This document shows positions 1 to 11,687 of a stretch of 64,000 nucleotides of DNA, piece by piece. This stretch comes from Scyliorhinus canicula. Taxonomy: Eukaryota. Within the stretch, counting starts at the first letter, position 1. Each line of letters starts with the position of its first letter. Under the pieces are notes generated by a model. That model did not search any database and had not been told where the DNA came from. It saw nothing but the letters and a program-made list of their open reading frames with translations. A program made the position numbers and the translations under genes. The stretch covers positions 51,559,810-51,623,809 of the forward strand of contig NC_052152.1 of assembly GCF_902713615.1 (NCBI RefSeq), given 5' to 3'.

Positions 1-1395
1 ATGAAATTAACATAAACAATACCCCCCTGAAACCTCCCCCCCCCCCCCCCCCCCCCGGGTTCCTGCTGCTGCTGACCTAGTTCCCTATCATTGAGCCAGA
101 AAGTCGAGGAAAGGCTGCCACCGCCTAAAGAACCCTTGTACCGACCCCCTCAGGGCAAATTTGACCTTCTCCAGCTTAATGAATCCCGCCATGTCATTGA
201 TCCAGGTCTCCACGCTCGGAGGTCTCGCATCTTTCCATTGCAACAAGATCCTCCGCCGGGCTACTAGGGACGCAAAGGCCAAAACACCGGCCTCTTTCGC
301 CTCCTGCACTCCCGGCTCCACCACAATCCCAAATATCGCGAGTCCCCAGCCTGGTTTGACCCTGGATCCTACCACCCTCGACACCGTCCTTGTTACCCCC
401 TTCCAGAATTTCTCCAGTGCCGGGCATGCCCAAAACATATGGGCATGGTTCGCTGGGCTCCCCGAACACCTGATGCGCCTGTCCTCACCCCCAAAAAACC
501 TGCTCATCCTCATCCCGGACCGTATATAAGCCCTGTGCAGTACCTTGAACTGGATGAGGCCAAGCCTCGCACATGAAGAGGAGGAGTTCACCCTCTCCAG
601 GGCGTCCGCCCATGTCCCCTTCCTCAATCTGCTCCCCCAGCTCCACTTCCCACGTAGCCTTCAGCTCCTCTACCGACGCCTCCTCCACCTCCTGCATCAC
701 CTGGTAGATGTCAGACACCTTCCCATCCCCGACCCACACCCCCGAAAGCACCCTATCCCTTACCCCTCCCCCCCCCCCGGGGGCAGCAAAGATAACCCCT
801 CCACCTGCCGCCTAGCAAACGCCTTGACCTGAAGGTACCTGAACATATTCCCTGGGAGGAGCTCAAACTTCTCCTCTAGCTCACCCAGGCTCGCAAACCT
901 ACCGTCAATGAACAGGTCTCACAACTTCCTTATGCCCGCCCTGTGCCACCCCAGGAACCCGCCATCAATGTTCCCTGGGACAAACCGGTGGTTACCCCGC
1001 AGCGGGGCCTCCACCGAGCCCCCCACTTCCCCCCTGTGTCGCCTCCACTGCCCCCAAATCTTGAGGGTAGCCGCCACCACCAGGCTCATGGTGTACCTTG
1101 TTGGAGGGAGCGTCAATGGCGCTGTTACCAGTGCCTTCAGGCTCGTGCTTCCACAGGATACCATCTCCATCCGTTTCCATGCTGCCGCCTCACCATCCAT
1201 TACCCACTTGCGTACCATCGAGACGTTAGCCGCCCAATAGTACCAAGAGAGGTTGGGCAGTGCCAGCCCCCCTCTATCCCTGCCCCGCTCCAAAAAGACC
1301 CTCCTCACCCTCGGAGTCCCGTGCGCCCAAACAAATCCCGTGATGCTGCTGTTCACCCTCCTAAAAAAGGCCCTCGGAATGAAAATGGCATATCT
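1..1395 (-). mobile_element. 5'-truncated L1-clade LINE (ORF2 C-terminal part and 3' UTR), frameshifted
   Basis: ORF pieces 88-627 and 919-1395 match the C-terminus of the full-length L1 ORF2 at 22633-26190 (GGLALPNL, C-x2-x..HMFWAC, WQPFLDFL). Homology ends near 1395. Confidence 0.9.
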
Positions 1396-1817
1396 GACAT
1401 TGATGGCCTCCAGGATGAGGAAAGGTGATGTAAAGGCCTGGCTGATCAAGGCTAGAAGATATTTCTGGAAGTTCAAGAAGCTAATGGGAGGAGGCAAAGA
1501 TTTAGGCACACTATTATTACCCAATGGTTTAGAACAAAGAACTAAATACGATATTGGACATTTTGTATGTAAATAAATCTAAAAGTTGCAATAGGGAGAG
1601 GTAATCGTATAATCCTATTGTCACTGGACAGTATCCAGAGATGTAGGGTAAGGCACTGGGGACCTGGATCTGGATTCCACTATAGTAGATGGTGAAATTC
1701 AATAAGAGTCTGGAATTAAACGTTTAGTGTTGTCAATTATTGTAAAAACCATCTGCCATCTGGTTCACTCATTTATTTTTGGGAGTGAAATCTGCCATTC
1801 TGGTCTGGCCGACATTT

Positions 1818-2159
1818 GAATCATAGATCATCATAGAATTTACAGTGCAGAAGGAGGCCATTTGGCCCATCGAGTCTGCACCAGCCCTTGAAATAGCACC
1901 CCACTTAAGCCCACACCTGCACCCAATCCCTGTAAGCCCACCTAACCTCTTTGGACACTAAGGGCAATTTAGCATGGCCAATCCACTTAACCTGCACATC
2001 TTTGGACTGTGGGAGGAAACCGGAGCACCGGGAGGAAACCCACGCACACACGGGGAAGGACGTGCAGACTCCGCACAGTCAATGGCCCAGCCGGGAATCG
2101 AACCTGGGACCCTGGAGCTGTGTAGCAACTGTGCTAACCACTGTGATACCGTGCTGCCC
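1818..2159 (-). mobile_element. HE1-like tRNA-derived V-SINE
   Basis: Reverse strand begins GGGCAGCACGGT...GGTTCGATTCC (A/B boxes), carries the V-domain GGGTTTCCTCC-GGTGCTCCGGTTTCCTCCCACAGTCCAAAGA, and ends GGCCTCCTTCTGCACTGTAAATTCTATG. Confidence 0.85.
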
Positions 2160-2539
2160 CTGTCCAGATGTAGTTGACTCTTAAATACTCTCTGAAGTGG
2201 TCTAGCAAACAGTTGAGGATGGCCAGCAACACTTATATCCCAAGAAAAAAAATCAGGCTCTGTTAATAATACATTGTCTCTGATCCCTGGGACAAGGTAT
2301 AAATACGGCGTTTTCTGAGTTCATGGCGCAGTAGGCAGTGGAGAAAAAATTTGAAGAATAGATCCATGCTATTCTTCAGTAGTTTAGGAAATCATGAAGA
2401 TGTGAAGGGTGCATTAAAATTAAAGGAAAAAATAAATGACCAGGCTGAGCCAAAGAGAGCCCAGTGGAATAAAGGACATAAATTGACCTGGAGGCCAGGG
2501 TTAGTCATCTGTCCCAGCTGCAAAAGGCATGGAGCACGC

Positions 2540-3360
2540 AGTGCTGGGCTTTGTGGGTGAGGATGGAGATGGGCTCTTGCAGGGGGTTAGGGTTGCAGGC
2601 GCTGGCAATGGTGCCATTCCCGATGGCCCAGGGAAGTATTCAGTGAGTCCAGTGCTGGTGGCCATGTTAAAAATCTGGAGGCAGTTTAGGCAGCATTTTA
2701 GGTTGGGAGCTGGGGAGGATGGATGCAAGGTTCCAGGGATAGGAGGAGAGGGGTATTAAGGAAATTAAGGATCTGTTTCTGGGAGGGTGATTTGCAAGTT
2801 TGGAGGAGCTGGGTTAGAAGTTTGGGCTGACAAGGGGTTTGATTGTGAAGTTTGGGCTGGCGAAAGTTTCAGGTATATGGAGGTGCAGAACGTGCGAGGA
2901 AGGTCTTCTCGACCTTCCCGATAGTACCTACCTCCTCATCACTGGAGGCAGTGCTGTTTGTCAGCAGGGGAGGTTGGAGAGGAGGATTGAAGAGGGGAAT
3001 TGGAAAGGAGAGTCCTCTTGGCGATTGACAGGAGGATTTTGGAGGAGGATGGGGTGTCCATGGAGGGGGTTAAGGCAAAGTGGGAGGAAGAGTTGGGGGT
3101 GGTGCTGGAGGAGGGGCAGTGGTGCGAGGTGCTGCGGAAAGTGATGGTTCGACTTTGTGTGTGAGGCTGGGGCTGATGCAGCTGAAGGTAGTGCACAGGG
3201 CACATCTCACAAAGTCTAGGCTGATCCGGCTATTTGAGGTAGCGGAGGATGTCTGTGACCGATGTGGGAGGGGCCCTGCAAACCATGTTGATATGTTTTG
3301 GTCCTGCCCAAGTTGCCTGTTTGGAAGGGTAGGAGTTGGGATTTTTCACGTGGCTGTTTT
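2540..3360 (+). mobile_element. Degenerate older L1 ORF2 3' fragment
   Basis: Translated pieces such as LGLMQLKVVHRAHLTKSR and CDRCGRGPANHVDMFWSCP are homologous to the L1 ORF2 C-terminus; many stops and frameshifts. Confidence 0.8.
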
Positions 3361-3371
3361 CGGGGGTTTGT

Positions 3372-3678
3372 GTTATAGAACAGTACAGCACAGAACAGGC
3401 CCTTCGGCCCTCGATGTTGTGCCGAGCAAATGATCACCCTATACCCCCCCGCCCCCCTTAACCTTACTTTTTAGGACACTATGGGCAATTTTAGCATGGC
3501 TAATCCACCTAACCCGCACATCTTTGGACTGGGATGAAACCGGAGCACCCGGAGGAAACCCACGCACACACGGGGAGGACGTGCAGACTCCGCACAGACA
3601 GTGACCCAGCCGGGAACCGAACCTGGGACCCTGGAGCTGTGAAGCATTTATGCTAACCACCATGCTACCGTGCTACCC
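3372..3678 (-). mobile_element. HE1-like V-SINE with CR1-type tail
   Basis: tRNA head and V-domain. The tail GGGCCGAAGGGCCTGTTCTGTGCTGTA matches the CR1 3' end near 39910-39940. Confidence 0.85.
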
Positions 3679-3849
3679 TTATCTGGTTTGGGTTTGTTTA
3701 TTTGGTTTTGTTTATCTGGTGGGAATTTCTTTGTGTTTTAGGGACTGAGCTTGGAGGAGGGGATTGGGAGGAGGATGGGGCCTGAGCATGAGTCTCCACA
3801 CCAGCCAGCTTAATTTGGCTAATGATTGGGAGTGTGGTGGGAGGAGGGG

Positions 3850-4250
3850 ACGCGGGCCCGTCCTGGTGGGGGGGAGGGGGGATCCAACTCCGGAGGGGGG
3901 GGGGCTTCCACGGTGGCCAGGCCCACGATCGGGGGTTAATTCTGGGGTGGCCTATGTTCCTCCACATTGGGCCCCTGTAGGGCTCCGCCATGTTGTTCAG
4001 GGGCTGGCGCGGAGACAACAACCCACATGCATGCGTGGGCCTGCGCCGTCCGTGGCACACATGCGCGGACCTGCGCCGGTCGTGTTGGGGCATGTATCGG
4101 CAGCTGGAGCTGCATGAAGCACTCCTGTGCCATACTGGCCCCTTGTGGGCCGCAGGATCGCTGCTCCTAGTGGCCAGGTGACACCGTCGTAAAATGCTCC
4201 GGTGTTTACGATGGCGTCAACATTTAGCCCCATTATCAGAGAATCCCACC
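3850..4250. mobile_element. Truncated Harbinger-family MITE
   Basis: Ends in CAGAGAATCCCACCC, the TIR shared with other MITEs here; internal sequence resembles 48228-48908 and 54897-56476. Confidence 0.55.
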
Positions 4251-4496
4251 CAGAGTGTTTAAGGGGTTTGATGAAAAGTTGCATAGGTCATAGCAACAAG
4301 GGAGAGGAACAAGGGTTGGACTATCCAAGGCTGGGGGTGGGGAGGCTCGGGCCAGGTTGGAGGGGTTGGTGGGGGAACAAAAGGTAAAGGAGGTCATTGG
4401 GAGGATGCGATCGAAGAAGATGGCAGGGCCAGATGGGTTCCCAGTGGACTATTATAAGAAGTTCGAAGACAAATTAGCGCCGCTGATGGTGAGGTG

Positions 4497-4860
4497 TTTA
4501 GATTGGATTGGTTTAATGTCACGTGTACCGAGGTACAATGAAAAGTATTGTTTTGCGTGCAGATCAGACAGATCATTCTGTACATGAAAAGAAAATATAT
4601 AACAGGGCAAATATAAAATATGTAAATACATAGACACAGGCATCAGGTGAAGCATACAGGAGTGTTGTACTACTCAGTGGAGAAGATGTTTGAACAGATC
4701 ATTCCATAAGTCCATCAGTCCATAAGGGGGTCATTTAGGAGTCTGGTAACAGCTGGGGAAGAAGCTGTTTTTGAATCTGTTAGTGTGTGTTCTCAGACTT
4801 TTGTATCTCCTGCTTCATGGGAGAAGTTGGAAGTGAGTAAGCGGATGGGAGGAATCTTGA
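4497..4860 (-). mobile_element. Rex1/Babar-type LINE 3' end fragment
   Basis: Reverse complement of the 3' part of 52870-53650, with a (CCAAT)n tail. Confidence 0.7.
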
Positions 4861-5398
4861 TTGTGCTACCTGCTTTATAGGGAGGGCAGTACCACCACAA
4901 ACTTTGGGACAGGCTTCAATCTGTTGTTAAAGAAGGACAAGGACCTGATGGAGTGTAAGTTTTTTAACCCCATATCATTACTGACTGTAGATACCAAGAT
5001 ACTGGTGAAGGTGCTGGTGGTTAGGCTAGAGGGGTATCTCACGAAGGTGATACCAAAGAGGGCCTGTGAAAGAAAGTCAGTTATTCTCGAATGTCATGAG
5101 GTTATTAAACTTGATCATGACACCGGCCGAGGGAAAGGAGACGGAGGTGATGGTGGCGCTAGATGCAGAAAAGGCGTTCAATCACGTAGATGGGGCACTT
5201 GATGGCGGTCTTAGAGAGATTTGGGATTGAGCTGAGGTTTACGGAATGGGTACGGCTATTGAAAAGGGAACCGATGGCAAGTGTCCGCACAAATAATATG
5301 AGCGCGGGGTACTTTACTCTGCACCGGGGTATCAGGCAGGGTATCCTATGTCCCCCCCTGCTATTTGCATTGGTGATAGAGCCATTGGCCATTGCTTT

Positions 5399-5694
5399 AA
5401 TAATTATAATAATCTTTATTATTGTCACAAGTAGGCTTACATTAATACTGCAATGAAGTTACTGTGAGAATCCCCTAGTCACCGCAATCTGGCACCTGTT
5501 CGGGTACACAGAGGGAGAATTCAGAATGTCCAAATTGCCTAATAGCACATCTTTCGGGACTTGTGGGAGGAAACCAGAGCACAAGGGGAGGGGGGAACGT
5601 GCAGGCCCCGCACAGACAGTGACCCAAACCGGGAATCAAACCTGGGACCCTGGTGCTGTGAAGCCATAGTCCTAACCACTATGCTACCGTGCTA
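5399..5694 (-). mobile_element. V-SINE variant with GTGACAATAA-(ATT)n tail
   Basis: tRNA head and V-domain; tail ...GTAACTTCATTGCAGTATTAATGTAAGCCTACTTGTGACAATAATAAAGATTATTA. It splits the L1 fragment. Confidence 0.8.
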
Positions 5695-6749
5695 TACACT
5701 AAGGAGTTCAGGACTGTGGAAGGGGATAGTGGTGGGGGGTGGGGAAGGAGGGGTGTGGAACATAGAATATCCTTGGACGCGGACGATTTATTGTTGTACA
5801 TTTCAGAGGCAAGTGCATCGGTGGGGAACATAATGGGACTTCTCCAAAGATTTGGGTCATTTTCAGGGTATAGACGAAATTTGGAGAAGAGTGATTATTT
5901 CATGATGTCCCAGCCAGGAGTGGGGGCAGGACTGGAGGGACTGCTACTTTGCAGGGCGGCAAACCACTTCAGGTATTTGGGGGTGCAGGTGGCGCAGGAC
6001 TGAGGGGGCTTTGTAGCAAGGTGAGGCAATCTCCTTCTGTCATTGGCAGGTCGGGTGCATGCGATTAAAATTAATGTATTGCCACGATCTTTGTTTTTGT
6101 TTAAGCGCCTGCTGGTCACCGAAGGCATTTTTTCAGGAAGTGGACAAATTGGTCACCTCATTCATCTGGGATTGGAAAGGTAGCCAGGGTTACGAAAGTG
6201 GTCCTACAGAGAGGGCGGTGATCACTGAAATGATGAGGATTTGGGTCATGTGGGGGGGGGGGGGCAGTTCCTGTGGGTTGGGCTGGAGGTGGGTTTGTGT
6301 AGGGGATTGGGGTTGAGGGCGCTGGTAACAGCACCGCTTCCCATGGCCCCGGGCAAGTACCTAGGAGTCCGGTGGAGGTTGAAACACTGAAGATTTGGAG
6401 GCAGATGAGGCAGCACTTTAAGCTGGGGGCAAGGTCAGGGGAGCTGCTGATTAGGGGGAATCACAGGTTTGATGCGAGCGGTGTTTTAATTTAAAGTAAC
6501 TCTCACAAGTCACACCACGGTAGAAAAACAATACATTATAAAGACCCATTTCATTCACAAGGCTGCCCTCAATTCATTCATTCATTGATTATGAGAGTAT
6601 TGTGTCTTTGGAGTGTAAATCATGGTATGCTCCCAATTTAATCTTTTATGAAAGCTTTTCAGGTATAAGAAAAACACGGCAAATTTGGTTGTAGCTTTAC
6701 TTGTTAACATAATTGATAAATATGAATGTGTTGTCAAATAACATTTTTT

Positions 6750-7157
6750 TAAACTCAGACATCACCACATTTATTCATGATTACAACATCAAATTAGTTA
6801 TGTAAATTGTATCCACAATTATCAATATGTAATTGATAATAAATTATACATATTAACGTGTTTACTCAAATTATTTCCCTATGCGTGGAACATTTAAGAA
6901 TCATTTTAATATTCTCTGCGTATTAAATCAAAAGTACTGATTTCTTTGGGTGGTTGAATAGTTTGCGGTAAGTGAGAGCAATAATGGAGAAATATTACAA
7001 CTTAGAAATAGCTTTCCTCATTCTGGGAATTCTCTGGAGAAAATAATCAATGAAGGTTGATTCCATTGACTGCAGGATGGGTAAGTTAGCTGGGTAACTT
7101 TAACAGTTGAGCCATTATTCCAACACGTAGGTAGATTTAAGATTGGCTTCTCTGTTA
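6750..7157 (-). other. Candidate terminal (3' UTR) exon of the VJ-type Ig receptor gene
   Basis: Strong minus-strand acceptor AAACTTTCTTTGTACTTTCAG| at 7158/7157; AATAAA at 6775-6770; unique AT-rich sequence. The 3' end is approximate. Confidence 0.45.
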
Positions 7158-7619
7158 CTGAAAGTACAAAGAAAGTTTCTTTTTATAAATTACCATAGTA
7201 AATTTTCAGTGCAAGTAGATGTTAATAACTTTGATTTGACTTTTTAAGAGAACCTTTAATGTTGTAAAACATCCCAAGCTATTTAACAGAAAGAAAAAGG
7301 AATAGGCACTACGAGTTAGGGAAAGTAACAAAAAGCTTAATCAAAAAGATAGATTTTTAAAAAATGCTTTTAGGGGTGGAGAGAGAAGCCAGGAGATGAA
7401 AGAGATTAAATTGGAATCTCCTGAGGTTTAGTTAGAGGGAGCTAAAGGCCCTGCCATGAATGGTGGATGAAGGGAAGTGTAGAGGGTCAGAGCATGAGGG
7501 CCAAAAGGTGCAGGGGCAGAATTAAAGCTGGAGGATGTTGCAGAAGTAGTTTGGGGAGGACTGCAGGAAATGGAAGATGACTCTGAGGATTTTAAATTCA
7601 AGTGGCCGATTCGCTAAAC

Positions 7620-8195
7620 TATTCATTGTCACAAGTAGGCTTACATGAACACTGCAATGACGTCACTGTGAAAAGCCTCTGGTTGCCACATTCAGGCGCA
7701 TGTTCGGGTGCACAGAAGGAGAATTCAGAATGTCCGAATTACCTAACAGCACGTCTTTCGGGACTTCTGGGAGGAAACCGGAGTACCCGGAGGAAACCCA
7801 CGCAGACACGGGGAGAATGTGCAGATTCCACACAGACAGTGACCCAAGCCAGAAATCGAACCTGGAACCTGTGGTAGTATGAGTAGAGGTACTACGGTAC
7901 CTAGCAATGCCGAGACACCATTGGTGGAGAAGACTCACTGCTCATTGGCCCGATGGTATGTAATACTGGTCACCCATTGGTTAGAATTGTAAGGGACCGC
8001 CGCCCAGTAAGGCGGGGTATAAGAGCCCGTGTATCACCCACAGCTTCCTTTCTGTACCTGAGCTGCTGGGGGAAACATCTTGTCTATTAAAGCCTTCAGT
8101 TCGGACTACAACCTTGCTTCTGTGGTCATTGATAATGCATCAGAACCCTTACGCTGTGAAGCAACAGTGCTAATCATTGTGCTACCGTGCCGCCC
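7620..8195 (-). mobile_element. V-SINE split by a solo LTR
   Basis: SINE tail at 7620-7869 and head at 8143-8195 rejoin around the LTR. Confidence 0.8.
7870..8142 (+). mobile_element. Solo LTR, 273 bp (Gypsy-like)
   Basis: TG...CA termini; perfect 5-bp TSD GAACC (7865-7869, 8143-8147); GGGGTATAAGA TATA-like box and ATTAAA signal. Confidence 0.85.
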
Positions 8196-8874
8196 ATGAC
8201 ATTGCATTTGAAGACTCAAGTCCAAGGGCATTTTATAGGTAAAAGTTGGGATCACATTAGGTACAGGGTGGGAAGTTGAGAAAGAAAGAATAGAAAAAAC
8301 AAGAATTGCAGAGATCGGGAGGATAGGGAAGAGAAAAAAGTGTGAAAAAGGGTTTTCGTCCTCAGTTTGTGGCAGCTGCTGATCAGTCTGGACATTGCTC
8401 TGGATAATAGTTCAATCCTGATTTCAATGAAAGCAGAGGTTCTAACAGGGCATCAACTGTGGTATTCCTGGAAATTTGATCATATATTTAATCACATGGC
8501 ATTCAGGTCATATGACATGATGCTGAATCACATGACAGATGCTGATTCTATTCAGATGTTACTGGATTATAGCCTGGTATGACCAAGCTCCAAATAAAAT
8601 ATTTTTGTTCTGTAGTCAGGTGATTTACAATTTATAAATCAAAGAAAGAATTTTAAAAATGGGAAAGATAAAAGGATATGTTTAACAGAAACTATTACTG
8701 TGATGTTTTAAGGCATTGCAATGAGAATCAGCAAGTTCACTGATTCAACAAAATTATAATCGATATAAGTAACTTCCATCCAAACTTTTTCTAGAATTTT
8801 CTGACCTTTCACAATACACAGCAACGGTATAAAAATACTCCCATGGCCCACCACTGAAACCCAGCTTCAGGAGG

Positions 8875-9120
8875 TGGTGCGGTTGCACAGTGGTTAGCAC
8901 TGCTGCCGGCCTCGGGTGACTGTGTGGAGTTTGCACTTTCTCCCCATGTTTGTGTGGGTTTCCTCCAGGAGCTCCGGTTTCCTCCCACATCCAACGATGT
9001 ACAGGTTAGGTGGATGGGGTGCGGGTGTGGTCCAAGATAGGTTGCTCTTTCAGAGGGTCAGTGCAGACTTGATGGAGACCCGATGGGCCGAATGGCCTCC
9101 TTCCGCACTGTAGGCTTTCG
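8875..9120 (+). mobile_element. HE1-like V-SINE, partly deleted
   Basis: GCACAGTGGTTAGCACTGCTGCC head, V-domain, and tail GGGCCGAATGGCCTCCTTCCGCACTGTAGG. Confidence 0.75.
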
Positions 9121-9658
9121 ATGTTGAAACGGCCTTGTTAAGGCCAATTGAGTTTACCAGTTTTTCAGAAATTCAGTGTGAGGAAATTGTGGTCGATACA
9201 TAATCATGTCAGATGTGACAGTTTGATTGCATAGAGGTTGATTCAGGGTTGAGGAAAGTTACCGATACCGAAAGATACCAAAATAGAGCTGGATGTTGTC
9301 AGAAAAGAAAGCTGACCCACACACCTAGTTGACGTTATTGAGAGGAATCATGTTGATGAGAACCGGGAAATAAGAATAGGTATTTGGCAAACTTCACAGA
9401 TTACCGTAGAGGAACATGAAGAGAAGTCCTTGCTGGAGATATGCAGTCTGGTACGGATGGAATCACAGAAGAGCAGAATCACAAGACAGTTCGGTAACAG
9501 AAGAAGCGTATTGAAAGAGGATGGAGTATGGGCAATGATCCATGTCTGTCAGAAATTATAGTGTCTATTTCTGCCCTTTCCTCAAATGAAAATTAGGTAA
9601 CACGAATGTGTGAGGCATAATTTTGATTATGGTGTATTTACATACCATTCTCTCTTGT

Positions 9659-9756
9659 TTAGTAGAATGTCTCAATGACGATGAAGTAACATATGAGCAG
9701 CACAAACAGAATATAGCGGATGACTGACAGGAGATTGTTCATAACGGTCCCGAATT
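9659..9756 (-). CDS. Transmembrane exon of the VJ-type Ig receptor: (E)FGTVMNNLLSVIRYILFVLLICYFIVIETFY*
   Basis: Acceptor GCTTTTGTTGCAG|AA at 9757/9756 in phase 1, compatible with the V and stalk exons. Hydrophobic helix with a lone Arg. TAA at 9661-9659, then donor AATG|GTATGT at 9646/9645. Confidence 0.65.
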
Positions 9757-10016
9757 CTGCAACAAAAGCATACTGGATAAAATGTAATTCTATAGTTGTA
9801 ATAATGTAGAGTAAATTGGAGACGATTGACAATTTGTACTTAGTCCAGTTTGCAATAACATATTCTATATGAATTGGGAGAGATAACAGGTTCATCACAA
9901 GAGTGCACTCATTATATAAAAATTTTTAATAGCAGATTTTTTTAATAACAGGCATAACAGATCAATGGGCACATATAGACTTCCGATCCTGGCTTCTTCA
10001 GAAATGCGGAATGTAC

Positions 10017-10121
10017 CTTTAATCCAACTGTTTCTTTGCAGCGCTGGATCATTGGGGAAAGGCAAATCGCATCCCATTTTTACAGTACTGGCTATCGCAT
10101 TTTGGTAAGTGTTCACTAACA
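10017..10121 (-). CDS. Candidate stalk/connecting-peptide exon: (V)LVNTYQNAIASTVKMGCDLPFPNDPALQRNSWIK
   Basis: Acceptor TTTTCAG|TG at 10122/10121 and donor AAAG|GTACAT at 10017/10016. 105 bp, phase 1-1, open frame, one Cys, 260-bp intron to the TM exon. Both splice sites are only moderate. Confidence 0.45.
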
Positions 10122-10671
10122 CTGAAAATCTGCGACATTTTAACAGCTTTTCCAGCGTATTAATGTTTGAGCAGCTGAGGGAATAGATGGTGGGCTGGGG
10201 GGAGGGTGGCTGATGTAAGTAAGTACATGGATAGGGTGATAGGTGGGTAGATGGCGGTGTTGCAGGTAGATTGGGAGGTACATGTGTAGGGTGGCAGGTG
10301 GTTAGGAGGGTGAGGTAAGGTCAGGTTGAGGGTGAGGGTGGGGGTGTTGGAGGGGTGGAGCTGGATGGTGGGGTGTGGTCTGGTTCGGCCAAGGATATTG
10401 GGGGTTGGGAGAGTTGGAGGGAGTCAGGTGGTGAGGTTGGATCAGGATAGGTTGGTGGGGAGGGGGGAGGAGGAGGGATGGATGGGGGTTGTTAATCTGA
10501 GATCAGTGTGAGTGATTGACCGGTCAGTTATACAGTTACCCAGGAATTTGATTCGGGATTTTTCTGTTTAACATTTCCTGGGTAACAATCCGGGTAAGTA
10601 ATTCAGAATTGTCCCAAGTCTCTGATTCCAGCTCAAATTTAAAGGGTGGGATTCTCCGTTTCTGAGACTAT

Positions 10672-11305
10672 GGGCTGGAGTCTCCTATTCTGCGGCTATG
10701 TCCAGAGGATCCATCTGGTCTTACGGCCAGAAGGTCAGCGCCGCCCCCGCACAGATTCTGCGCCCAGTGGGGGGCGAGCAGCCACACTGCGTAGGCTTTA
10801 CCTGCAGATAAGGCCGCAGAATGGCCTGGTCCGTGGCCGCGCATTTGCATGGCGGTGGCCTGCAGCGGCCCTGCCGTATAAGATGCCGCCGGATGCGTGC
10901 CGACCCGACCTGCCAAAAACTGCCCCCGTGTAACCCCCATCGCCACCCCCAGACCACTCCCCACCAGTCCCCCCAGAAGCCCACCTGCCAGGAGAGCAGC
11001 TCCACCCCCCGACTGTGACGGCGCTGGACACAGTCCGCAGTCGCCATACGAGGTCCCCGAACGTTGTGAGGTCACGTGTCCCACGCCGTCTGGGACTCGC
11101 CCCATCGGGGGCAGAGCATTGGGGGAGGGCCTCAGGTAATGTCCTGAGGCCGTCCCGATGGCGCACGATGTACTCCTCGAGTACGCTGCTTTTGAGGGGG
11201 CGGAGCATCGGAAAAGCAGCGCCGCCTCTGATTCCAGCGTAAACGTGGATTCTTCGGCTGATCGCCGAACGCAATTTCGCCGTCGGCGATCGGAGAATCC
11301 CGCCC
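10672..11305. mobile_element. Harbinger MITE nested in the left end of element A
   Basis: GGGCTGGAGTCTCC...GGAGAATCCCGCCC, flanked by TAT/TAA. Confidence 0.7.
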
Positions 11306-11496
11306 TAAGTGTTGACACCAATGCAGAATTTGTGGATTTTCACGACAGCAAAACTGGCGCCGCACCTGGACCGATTACACTACTATTAAGAGGCTAGCGT
11401 GGAACACAATCGATTCTAATGAGAAATGCTGTTGACAAGCTGCAGCCACATATATACATTCCACCCCCCACACAACACCATTCCAGCTGACGGTCA

Positions 11497-11684
11497 GGGG
11501 CTGGTTTAGCTCACAAGGCTAAATCGCTGGCTTTTAAAGCAGACCAAGCAGGCCAGCAGCACGGTTCGATTCCTGTACCAGCCTCCCCGGACAGGCGGCG
11601 GAATGTGGCGACTAGGGGCTTTTCACAGTAACTTCATTGAAGCCTACTCGTGACAATAAGCGCTTTTCATTTCATTTCATTTTC
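11497..11684 (+). mobile_element. Short tRNA-derived SINE without V-domain, (TTTCA)n tail
   Basis: GGGGCTGGTTTAGCTCA A-box, GGTTCGATTCC B-box, tail CTTTTCACAGTAACTTCATT...GTGACAATAAG. A second copy lies at 45694-45872. Confidence 0.8.
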
Positions 11685-11687
11685 AAG

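Larger units (their letters stand above)
4260..6470 (+). mobile_element. Degenerate L1 ORF2 (RT region), interrupted by a Rex1-like fragment and a SINE
   Basis: Motif remnants GPDGFPVDYYKKF, PISLLTVDTKIL, RQGILCPPLLFALVIEPL and HRISLDADDLLLY. Confidence 0.8.

Noticed and set aside
9240-9560. Additional exon of the Ig gene between the TM and last exon
   Set aside because: The minus strand contains a DNIQLYF remnant resembling the L2-type (Y)ADDTQLY motif with many stops, so it is an old LINE fragment.
9757-9898. ORF 9659-9898 as a GPCR-like multi-pass protein
   Set aside because: No GPCR motifs. Only the part after the acceptor at 9757 has splice support; the upstream hydrophobicity reflects T-rich intron.
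11497-11570. tRNA gene
   Set aside because: tRNA-like A/B boxes run directly into a LINE-like tail, lack a proper cloverleaf, and recur at 45694-45872, so this is a SINE head.
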